Below, piece by piece: positions 1-7,777 of a stretch of DNA of 18,421 nucleotides. The notes beneath the pieces were generated by a model that worked only from the letters and a program-made list of their open reading frames with translations, did no database searches and had not been told where the DNA came from. Each line of letters starts with the position of its first letter. Positions within the stretch are counted from its first letter, which is position 1. A program made the translations under genes and the position numbers. This DNA comes from Promethearchaeota archaeon (GTDB lineage Archaea > Asgardarchaeota > Lokiarchaeia > Sigyniarchaeales > SOKP01), in contig JBHLME010000089.1 of the NCBI GenBank assembly GCA_048938445.1, positions 1 through 18,421 on the forward strand, given 5' to 3'.

Positions 1-20
1 TACATTGGAGAAAAAAATGT

Positions 21-78
21 AAATTTTCTTTTCAATTATTTAGATTAATAGTATAATTTTTTAATATTTTTTTATTGA
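21..78. repeat. Direct repeat copy 1 (58 bp), probable duplicated minus-strand promoter
   Basis: Matches 884..941 at 57/58 positions; 30..78 is identical to 893..941 over 49 bp (TTTCAATTATTTAGATTAATAGTATAATTTTTTAATATTTTTTTATTGA), including homopolymer lengths. Confidence 0.9.
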
Positions 79-165
79 TTAATACTCTTATTTTTTATTT
101 AATTTGAATTAAATTTTAAAATTCCTTATTAATTTTTAAAAAGGATTAATTCATTTCGAATATCT

Positions 166-795
166 TTATTTATATATATTATCGAGACCATTAATCATGT
201 TTATGCGAGTCTGGTTGAATCCTTTTCTTAATGTCCTCATCAAAATTGTTTTACCCGTAGGAATTTTTAAAACTGATAAATCTTCTTCAATAATTTTTAT
301 ACTCTCATCTGTAAATTCTAACTGTCTAAGTAATACTTCATATGCTTCTTCTTTAGTTTTAAAAGCCGCTCTGATTAAGCTATCATAATCCTCGATATGA
401 TCTCGAACATTTAATAATAATATTGATTCTTCTATTTGTGAGATAAATGCTAATTTCACGATATTTTTTAATCTCTTAAAATTTTTATGGGTTTGCTTAC
501 ATTGTCGATATACTTGATCCCCTTTTAAATAATTATTAAAATTTTGCTCCACGACTTCATTAAATTTTACTTTTGAACCATTGCCATTGAGGCACAAATA
601 TTTTCCACAATCTAAAGTAGTTTTGATCTGCAAGAGAGTTCCTTGTCTTGCATCATTATTTTTCCAATAGTTATAGAAAGATTTTATCACTGGTTTCACG
701 ATAACATCAAGGACTCCTAAATTTAATTCAGTATCGATTAATTCATTCCCAAATTCAAAAGCATTTTCCATTACATCAATCATTTTTTGTTCCAA
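166..795 (-). CDS. Hypothetical, predicted alpha-helical soluble protein; start uncertain
   Basis: 209-codon ORF with normal protein composition and no recognised motif. The frame stays open upstream to 840, and an out-of-frame ATG lies at 844-842. Confidence 0.8.
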   Translation of the reverse strand: MEQKMIDVMENAFEFGNELIDTELNLGVLDVIVKPVIKSFYNYWKNNDARQGTLLQIKTTLDCGKYLCLNGNGSKVKFNEVVEQNFNNYLKGDQVYRQCKQTHKNFKRLKNIVKLAFISQIEESILLLNVRDHIEDYDSLIRAAFKTKEEAYEVLLRQLEFTDESIKIIEEDLSVLKIPTGKTILMRTLRKGFNQTRINMINGLDNIYK

Positions 796-883
796 GATAT
801 GAAAATTTCGTTCAATATGCTCCAGATTCGATTCCTCGATTCATTTGTTTTTTAAATTAAAAATGTAATGTAGAAAAAATTAA

Positions 884-941
884 AAATTTTCATTTCAATT
901 ATTTAGATTAATAGTATAATTTTTTAATATTTTTTTATTGA
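884..941. repeat. Direct repeat copy 2 (58 bp), in the divergent promoter region between 166..795 and 997..4221
   Basis: 57/58 identity to 21..78 at offset 863. The minus strand reads AAAAAATTATACTATT, an A-tract followed by a TATA-like element. Confidence 0.9.
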
Positions 942-996
942 AATATAAAATCCTTCTGACTAATCATTACCAAAGAAAATTTTAAAGGAATATAAA

Positions 997-3900
997 ATGC
1001 GTTATGTGTTTAAATTATTGTGTTTGGGAGATCCTGAAATTACTATACAATATGTGTCATCAGCTCTAGAGGAAATGGGTGACTCTAAAGAAACCCATAT
1101 TGAATGGTTCACGGAATTCAATGTTTTAGACAATGTGTGTGACTTAGAAATTGACATCATTACTGATCTTATTTCCGCGGAGTTTGACGAAATAATTCCT
1201 AGCGTAGATGGGATTATTTACTTTTTAAATCCTATAAATGAAGAAGAATTAACTTTCTTCAAAATTATCCTTCCAATTATAATGTCTGTAAAACGTGACA
1301 TTCCAACTATCATTTTATTCTATGATTCGGGAGGGATCATTCCTCATTCTACTAATAGATTATTGGAAGACATTTGGGTTAATTATCCCAATCTTGAGGC
1401 ATTTATCAATCTTGCTCCAAATCAATTTCATCAAGTTTTGCAGTGTATTTGTTTAGCAATGATAAATGGGGATACTCCATTAAATATTGAGAATGCTTGG
1501 ATGCGTTTTCCAATATTTATTCAACTAGCAAATTTTTATTTTGAGAATAAGAACTATTATTATGCTGCTCAAGCTATAAAAAATTTAGCAAATATAGCGG
1601 AAATATATGAAAAACAAGAATATTTTGTATATAGTGAACAAGCAGCATTTCTTTTTTCAAGATTAGGTCTATTTTTAGAAGCTAGTAAAGTAATTGAAAA
1701 GGTAGATCCAAAATTATCATACCTTTTTAAAAAAAGTTATGCTGAAACAATGATCGTTGAAGGAAATCAGCTTTTTAACAAAAATAAATATGAAAATGCC
1801 GCTATTCAATATGAAAGTGCTGGTCAATGGGCTTCAATTGAGTTAGGCGATAAAGAAATTATCAAAACCTCATTTGAATTAGCAATTAATTCTTGGATTT
1901 CTGCCTGTAAATGTGAGAAAGGTTTTTTAATTCTTGAAAGGCTACCGCATGAAAATATCAAAACTATATTGACAAGTCTCTCGGATAAAATAATTGCTGC
2001 TTCAGATTTTTTAATTTCTATTGGAAATTTATCTGCTGCTAAAGATCAATTATATTATTCCGTTTTTACTTATCAAAAAGAAAGTCTTTTTGAAGATTTA
2101 AAAAAAATTGTGTTAAAACTCTTAGAAGTTTTGAGTAAAATATTCGATATATCAATTCAAAAAAAAGAAATATATGAAGCAAAGTTTACCTATGACGAAA
2201 TAGAAAATATTTGGGAAACATTCAACATAGAAAAAACGAACCTAGACAGTAATTTAGAAATCTTGATTAAATTATTTGTAGATAAAATGAATCTTAGTAT
2301 GGCTTCAGCTCTGATTAATAAATTAAATTCTTTAGAATTAAAGAAAAAGTTAACGAAATACAGCTCAAAAATTGAAGAAAAAACGAAAAAAATTGAAAAA
2401 CAAGAAAAAGAAGATATAATAAAAAGAGGTATTGAAATTTTACAAGAATTCATCAAGGCAGAGCATGATATTATCGCTAAAATTAACATCCAAACCTTAA
2501 CAGAAGCAAATGGATTTATAGTACAAAATGATTGGTTAAAAGCTGCAACACATATTAAGCTACAGGCAGATTTTCTCCGGGAAATAGGAAAAGAGGATAT
2601 CGAAAATCAAATTTTAACAAAATCTTTAGATATATTGCTAGATGGTGAATTATTTGATAATTTTTTTAAATATTTTAAAAACTTAGATGAGAACATGAAA
2701 AAAAGTTATCTTACTCAAGTCTTTCCAGTCTACATTGAAAAACTAAAAACAATTAAAGAGAAGCAAGAACCTGAAAGTCCATTTAAAATTTTTGAAAATT
2801 CAATTTTAATATTTCGAAATCAAGAACTCTATGAGGAATCTAAGGAAATTGTTTCTTTATATATAGAAGTACTGAAGAAAGAAAGCATGAATATTATACG
2901 TGAAGAAGAAAACGAATATGGAATTGAAAAAGCAACAGATTTGATAAAAAAAATTTTAGACATTTCGTCCGCATATTTAGATAATATTACAATAAATTTT
3001 GATGAAATCTATAAAGCAATTTCGGAAATTTATCTTTATAAGATTGATGATCTTTCCTCAGCGCTCGCATATAACGATAAAATTGAAAATAAAGAAATTA
3101 AAATTGAGATTCATAAAAAAATTGCTAAAATTGAAGCCAAAAAAAGTGCTTCAATTATGAAAGCTGCAAGGAAATCTACAAGAGAAGCAATGTTAGAAGA
3201 AAGATTTTCAATTATAGAACAAAAAGCTGAAGATGCTTTGCGAGATCAAGAAAATGAACTAAAGCAAAGAATTGGTTTTAAACGTGCTTACTTTAATGAG
3301 CCTCTAATTTATTTAAAAATAAGAAAATTTGATGATGCAATTGATTTATATTTAGAAAGCATGATAAATTTAATAAATATAAAAAAGTATTATCTTTCAA
3401 GTGTATCATTTGCACTAGCCTGCCTATTACTTATAATTAAAGGTAATTTTGATAAAATTAACAGAATTTTGGAGGAAAGAGAAGCTTCTTCATCAAGTAA
3501 ATTATTTTTTGAAACATTTCCTGTAATATTAATTCAATTTCTCGTTGAGATTTATAATTTCAACGATAAATCTAAATTTCCTAAAGCATTAGCATTAATG
3601 AAAAATTTACCCTTATTCGAAGAAGAAAAAATGATTCTTGATGAATTCGTTAAAGAAGAGTTTGAAGGAGAAGATATGAAAAGGGAGGAAGGGATGATAA
3701 AAAAATCTAAAGGAAAAAGCGAAAAACCTCAAGATATAATGGAAAAAGTTGAGTTAGAACAGATCTTTAGTAAACTTCAGCAAAAAATGGTAGATACTCG
3801 CATAGATTCAGATAAAATTTTAAAAAAGCGAAAAGCAATGCGAAGACGTTATTATGATAATATTATTAATTCATTAGAAACGAATTCTTTTAATGAAGCT

Positions 3901-4221
3901 GCAGAAGAATATTATAATTTAGCTAACAACGCAGCAAAAAGGAAAGATTTCAATACTAGCGCTTTATCAATATTATTATATGGATTATCATTACTAAAAT
4001 CAAAAAGATCAATTATAGAGATTGAAAAAGATATTGAAAAATATTTAGATACTTTAGGTTTAAATAAGACCTTAGTCAGAGATACGTTTGAAATTAGTTT
4101 GATTCTATCTATTATTAGGGTAAAAAAAAAGGAAATCTTTGATTATGATTATAAAATAAAAGAAATGTTAAGCATCTTACCACTATTCGAGGAAGAAAAG
4201 AAACTTATTGTAAATTTTTAA
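997..4221 (+). CDS. Large protein: degenerate Ras/Rab-like N-terminal domain, TPR/SNAP-like alpha-solenoid, and duplicated C-terminal helical domain
   Basis: N-terminus YVFKLLCLGD...DGIIYFLNP...RDIPTIIL follows the small-GTPase strand pattern but lacks GKT/S, DxxG and NKxD. TPR-like helices occur downstream (KYENAAIQYESAGQWA, SFNEAAEEYYNLA). Two C-terminal segments both end in LPLFEEEK. Confidence 0.75.
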   Translation: MRYVFKLLCLGDPEITIQYVSSALEEMGDSKETHIEWFTEFNVLDNVCDLEIDIITDLISAEFDEIIPSVDGIIYFLNPINEEELTFFKIILPIIMSVKRDIPTIILFYDSGGIIPHSTNRLLEDIWVNYPNLEAFINLAPNQFHQVLQCICLAMINGDTPLNIENAWMRFPIFIQLANFYFENKNYYYAAQAIKNLANIAEIYEKQEYFVYSEQAAFLFSRLGLFLEASKVIEKVDPKLSYLFKKSYAETMIVEGNQLFNKNKYENAAIQYESAGQWASIELGDKEIIKTSFELAINSWISACKCEKGFLILERLPHENIKTILTSLSDKIIAASDFLISIGNLSAAKDQLYYSVFTYQKESLFEDLKKIVLKLLEVLSKIFDISIQKKEIYEAKFTYDEIENIWETFNIEKTNLDSNLEILIKLFVDKMNLSMASALINKLNSLELKKKLTKYSSKIEEKTKKIEKQEKEDIIKRGIEILQEFIKAEHDIIAKINIQTLTEANGFIVQNDWLKAATHIKLQADFLREIGKEDIENQILTKSLDILLDGELFDNFFKYFKNLDENMKKSYLTQVFPVYIEKLKTIKEKQEPESPFKIFENSILIFRNQELYEESKEIVSLYIEVLKKESMNIIREEENEYGIEKATDLIKKILDISSAYLDNITINFDEIYKAISEIYLYKIDDLSSALAYNDKIENKEIKIEIHKKIAKIEAKKSASIMKAARKSTREAMLEERFSIIEQKAEDALRDQENELKQRIGFKRAYFNEPLIYLKIRKFDDAIDLYLESMINLINIKKYYLSSVSFALACLLLIIKGNFDKINRILEEREASSSSKLFFETFPVILIQFLVEIYNFNDKSKFPKALALMKNLPLFEEEKMILDEFVKEEFEGEDMKREEGMIKKSKGKSEKPQDIMEKVELEQIFSKLQQKMVDTRIDSDKILKKRKAMRRRYYDNIINSLETNSFNEAAEEYYNLANNAAKRKDFNTSALSILLYGLSLLKSKRSIIEIEKDIEKYLDTLGLNKTLVRDTFEISLILSIIRVKKKEIFDYDYKIKEMLSILPLFEEEKKLIVNF

Positions 4222-4250
4222 TACCTTTAAACGCAACTTAACCATTAATC

Positions 4251-5174
4251 TTATTTTATCATGCTTGCATATTTACTTAGATCTTTAACACGCATGCGTA
4301 AGGTAACTTCAGTTACTTGTGCTAGCTTGCTTATTTCTTTTTGTGTTCTATTTTCGTTGCAGATTTTTGATGCAATATAAATGGCAGCAGCGGCAATTCC
4401 TTTTGGGTCCTTTCCTGCTGAATTAAAACCACTCTCACCAGCTTGTTGAATTAATTTTACCGCTATGTTTCTACATTGCATTGATAAATGCAATTCATCA
4501 TTAAACTTATCTACATACCTGTCAGCAGTAAAACGCTGAACTTTTAGATTTAAATTTGGCAAAACTTCTGTATATATAAGCCTGTAACTTTTAATTACTT
4601 TTTTTTTCGGTATTTGAGCAACTGCTGTTATTTCTTCAACAGTTCTGGGAATTCCGTGAACTCTCAATGCGCAAAAAATCGATGCTGCTAATAAAGTATC
4701 AATACTTCTACCCATGGTTAATTTCTTTTTCACGGTTTGGGTATAAATTCTTAAAGCGTCTTCAGCGACAATATCTGGAATCCCTAATCTTTTCTGTAGT
4801 CTTTGAAGGTTTGGAAGAGCAATCCATAAATTCCTTTCATAACTAGTTGTCAATGACCTGTGTATTTTTGCGAGTCTATTAAATTTTGATTTGTACTTTG
4901 GGCTCAAAAGCGTTCCTCGAGCATCTCGACTTCCTCTTATTATTGTTCGTGGACCAATAGGACTATAAACACGTTCATTACTTTTTCTTTTTTGAATTTC
5001 CTCTTGAGTAAATGCCCTCCTTGGTGAATCATCTAAAACTCTTGAATATACTGACCCACAGTTCAAACACGTATAATAACCATCCTCTTGAGATATTTTG
5101 GGACTGTCACAACAATCCTCATCGTCTTGCTGACTTTCAAAAAATATATCATTATCAGAATTAGGAGGTGACAT
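4251..5174 (-). CDS. tfb: Transcription initiation factor IIB (TFB) family protein
   Basis: N-terminal Zn ribbon (CC...CLNCG), RRAF B-reader remnant, ERNL linker, two cyclin repeats (GRSIDTLLAASIFCALR..PRT; GKDPKGIAAAAIYIA), and C-terminal HTH TQKEISKLAQVTEVTLRMR. Confidence 0.96.
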   Translation of the reverse strand: MSPPNSDNDIFFESQQDDEDCCDSPKISQEDGYYTCLNCGSVYSRVLDDSPRRAFTQEEIQKRKSNERVYSPIGPRTIIRGSRDARGTLLSPKYKSKFNRLAKIHRSLTTSYERNLWIALPNLQRLQKRLGIPDIVAEDALRIYTQTVKKKLTMGRSIDTLLAASIFCALRVHGIPRTVEEITAVAQIPKKKVIKSYRLIYTEVLPNLNLKVQRFTADRYVDKFNDELHLSMQCRNIAVKLIQQAGESGFNSAGKDPKGIAAAAIYIASKICNENRTQKEISKLAQVTEVTLRMRVKDLSKYASMIK

Positions 5175-5302
5175 AGTTAAAAGAGCGATCTTAAAAAGGA
5201 TATTATTATATTATTCTTCGGTACAGTATATATACATAATCATACGACTTTATAAAATTAATGGAATTTGACAAATGTATAAGACAATTTAATAAATTAG
5301 TG

Positions 5303-5310
5303 TTTATATA
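5303..5310 (+). promoter_or_regulatory. Putative archaeal TATA box for the 5344..6603 gene
   Basis: TTTATATA ends 33 nt before the ATG at 5344, consistent with a short-leader archaeal transcript. The AT-rich background weakens the call. Confidence 0.4.
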
Positions 5311-5343
5311 TTATATTTAACAAAAGTAAAAGGAATATGTTTC

Positions 5344-6603
5344 ATGTCAACCAAAATTGATAACGTTATTACTCAGTTTACCAAATTTTTAGATACTTCT
5401 TTGATGAAAGTTAAGAAGTCTAAAACTATTGAAGATCTTTTGAAGTTACCCATCTCATGCTTTTCATTTATGAATAAAAACGAGGTAAAGATCATTGAGG
5501 ATTTATTTGAAGTATTTGATATTAGTGAAGCTGCTAATTTAAATAAAATAAATCCATTCGAAAAATTTTTATCAGTAGATCAAACTGAAGATCCCATCAA
5601 AGACAGTCAAATGAGAGAACAACTTGAACAGAAAATTGAAGAACTAAAACATAAATACCCAAATTTAGAAAGAAATTTAAAAAAGATGGCTACGATAAGT
5701 TCAATTATTAATTCCGTTTCAAACATTCCTGAGGAAACAACCAAGTGTCAACAAAAAGTTGTAGTTGTGGGATTAGATAATGCTGGAAAGACAGCAATAT
5801 TAACTAAATTTGGAGGGCGGTTAGGAATTAATGATCTAGCCAAATTAAAACCAACTAAAGGTATTAGTCGCAAGAAATTTAAATCTGATGATTTAGAACT
5901 AGTTGTATGGGATTTTGGAGGTCAAGAACAGTATCGAAAAAAATATTTAGAAACACCTGAACAATATTTCCTCCAATTAAACTTATTAATTTATGTAGTT
6001 GATGTTCAAGATCCTGACAGATTTGAAGAATCCATGGAATATTTCGATAAAATTCTTGATACAATTTATTATTTAGAAGAAAAACCGTACATAATGATTT
6101 ACATTCATAAATATGATCCTGATTTAAAGACTGATCCCGAGATTTTACTTAATATTGAATTATTAAAAGATAAATTGAACGATATTATTCAAGAGAAACA
6201 TACAGAATTTCATTATGAAATTTATTTAACTTCAATATTTTCTCTTATATCTACGGAACCGAGATTTTCAAAGTATATAAAGGATATAATGAGTACAAAT
6301 ATATCTCTTTCTGATCCCGTGCTTAAAAAAGTAGAAGGTTTGGGTAAAATCTTAGAAGAAACAATGAATGCAATAATAAGATTATCAGAAAGCACCTCAT
6401 TACAAATTAGAGAGATAGATCATCGTTTAAGGGCAATAGAAAGCGGTGCCGTTCAAGTTGGACAAGTTAATCAAACAGGTGCACCAATGGGAATGAACTC
6501 TTCTATTCCGCAGCAATCTATTACAAGAGAAGATAATATGAGAGCAAATGTATTGGATGAGCTAAAAATATTGTTTAAAAAACAAAAAAGATTAGAACTT
6601 TAG
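5344..6603 (+). CDS. Multidomain small GTPase (Arf/Rag-like) with about 135-aa N-terminal extension and C-terminal coiled coil
   Basis: G1 GLDNAGKT, G2 PTKG, G3 WDFGGQ, G4 HKYD, G5 TSIF. The stop codon overlaps that of the convergent PAP2 gene by 4 bp. Confidence 0.92.
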   Translation: MSTKIDNVITQFTKFLDTSLMKVKKSKTIEDLLKLPISCFSFMNKNEVKIIEDLFEVFDISEAANLNKINPFEKFLSVDQTEDPIKDSQMREQLEQKIEELKHKYPNLERNLKKMATISSIINSVSNIPEETTKCQQKVVVVGLDNAGKTAILTKFGGRLGINDLAKLKPTKGISRKKFKSDDLELVVWDFGGQEQYRKKYLETPEQYFLQLNLLIYVVDVQDPDRFEESMEYFDKILDTIYYLEEKPYIMIYIHKYDPDLKTDPEILLNIELLKDKLNDIIQEKHTEFHYEIYLTSIFSLISTEPRFSKYIKDIMSTNISLSDPVLKKVEGLGKILEETMNAIIRLSESTSLQIREIDHRLRAIESGAVQVGQVNQTGAPMGMNSSIPQQSITREDNMRANVLDELKILFKKQKRLEL

Positions 6604-7322
6604 TCTGGTTTATTTTCTTTATTCTTCTTAATGTATTTGTAAGTAGCAGATAATAATATTAATCCAAATATTATAAAACATATAATCAAATACCAAGCAT
6701 TTCCTAACATTGGATTTAAAGTTCTATATTGAATATCAAATAAACTAAGTTGTTCTATATATTTTAAAAATGATAAAATAAGAGGTCCGAACAAAAATAT
6801 CGTCAATAAAGCGCCTATAATACCCAAGATAAATCCAAAAATTACATCACTAGGATAATGCATTCCTAAGTATATTCGAGAAAATCCAATTATTATCGCA
6901 AAGATCAAAAAAATTGTTAAAAATAAAGGAGAAATTAACATATATCCTAAAATAATTGCTTGAGCCGTTCCATTATAAGTATGCCATGAGGGGAAACTTC
7001 TCGAAGTAGGTTTTGGTTCTAAAATCGTGAGGTTTTTAAGTGCTTCATATGGTCTCTCACGATTAATGATGTTTTTTATTAAAACATTCAACCATATTCC
7101 ATTGATAAAAGTAGTTCCAATATAAGACAACAAGATAGGATCATACCATATAAATAAAAAAAGAAATATTAAGAATATCCATACTGTTTCGCGACCAAAA
7201 AAAGAGATAAATTTTAAAAAAATTTTAATTGATTTGTTATCTCTCTTATTTAATTTTAAAACTATTTTTTTATCCCATTGATTTATATGATTGATATAAT
7301 TATAATGATTATATTTTTTCAT
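6600..7322 (-). CDS. PAP2-family membrane lipid phosphatase (polyprenyl-pyrophosphate/phosphatidate phosphatase-like)
   Basis: C1 KNIINRERP, C2 SFPSWH, C3 SRIYLGMHYPSDV; multiple hydrophobic helices. Confidence 0.93.
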   Translation of the reverse strand: MKKYNHYNYINHINQWDKKIVLKLNKRDNKSIKIFLKFISFFGRETVWIFLIFLFLFIWYDPILLSYIGTTFINGIWLNVLIKNIINRERPYEALKNLTILEPKPTSRSFPSWHTYNGTAQAIILGYMLISPLFLTIFLIFAIIIGFSRIYLGMHYPSDVIFGFILGIIGALLTIFLFGPLILSFLKYIEQLSLFDIQYRTLNPMLGNAWYLIICFIIFGLILLSATYKYIKKNKENKPD

Positions 7323-7334
7323 GAGAAAGAAAAA

Positions 7335-7730
7335 TTAATAGACTTCCATGATTTTTTCAATGTAATTATTAATATTTTTAAATATCTCATCTACCTTGGA
7401 TTCATCACCAACAAAAAGTACTATAAAAGCATTTTTATGACAATCTAATATAATTACGGATTGATCCTCTAATTCAGTTATTATTTTGTCCAAATATGTT
7501 TCAGATACAGTGTTCATGAGGTCTTCAGCACTATCAATTACAGAAGCCGTCATAGCACTGAATTCATTTGCTTCAAAATTCTGGTCAAATACTTTCGAAA
7601 TTAAGTTTCCTTCGCGAGATGAGAGCAAAACTCCTTGTAAATTCCCACTTTCTTTAATTTCTGTTAAAATATATTCGATTTTTTTAAGATTAAATCTTTT
7701 ATTCGAGTTGCTACTATGCATTCTATTCAA
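7335..7730 (-). CDS. Roadblock/LC7 (MglB/LAMTOR-like) domain protein
   Basis: About 120-aa pattern: helix, GVLLSSREGNLI beta-hairpin, FSAMTASVIDSAEDL helix, three strands (KIITEL/SVIILD/AFIVLFV), final helix. Ends 12 bp before the PAP2 start, so a probable operon. Confidence 0.9.
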   Translation of the reverse strand: MNRMHSSNSNKRFNLKKIEYILTEIKESGNLQGVLLSSREGNLISKVFDQNFEANEFSAMTASVIDSAEDLMNTVSETYLDKIITELEDQSVIILDCHKNAFIVLFVGDESKVDEIFKNINNYIEKIMEVY

Positions 7731-7777
7731 TTATTTCAAATTAAAGATTATTAATCAAGCTTTCTATTATTTTAATT

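Noticed and set aside
197-388. 63-aa + strand ORF
   Set aside because: Antisense shadow inside the 209-aa CDS; no motif.
841-843. In-frame TGA upstream of the 209-aa ORF as possible selenocysteine
   Set aside because: No in-frame ATG was seen in the adjacent upstream sequence, there is no redox-motif context, and no SECIS was identified.
2190-2489. 99-aa hydrophobic - strand ORF
   Set aside because: Antisense of a Lys/Glu-rich coding stretch, which naturally gives Phe/Ser/Leu-rich pseudo-membrane ORFs.
5163-5171. Perfect Shine-Dalgarno-like AGGAGGTGA on the + strand
   Set aside because: It is the reverse complement of the TFB Ser-Pro-Pro codons, and no standard start codon follows at a suitable spacing.
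5879-6064. 61-aa - strand ORF
   Set aside because: Lies within the GTPase domain on the opposite strand.
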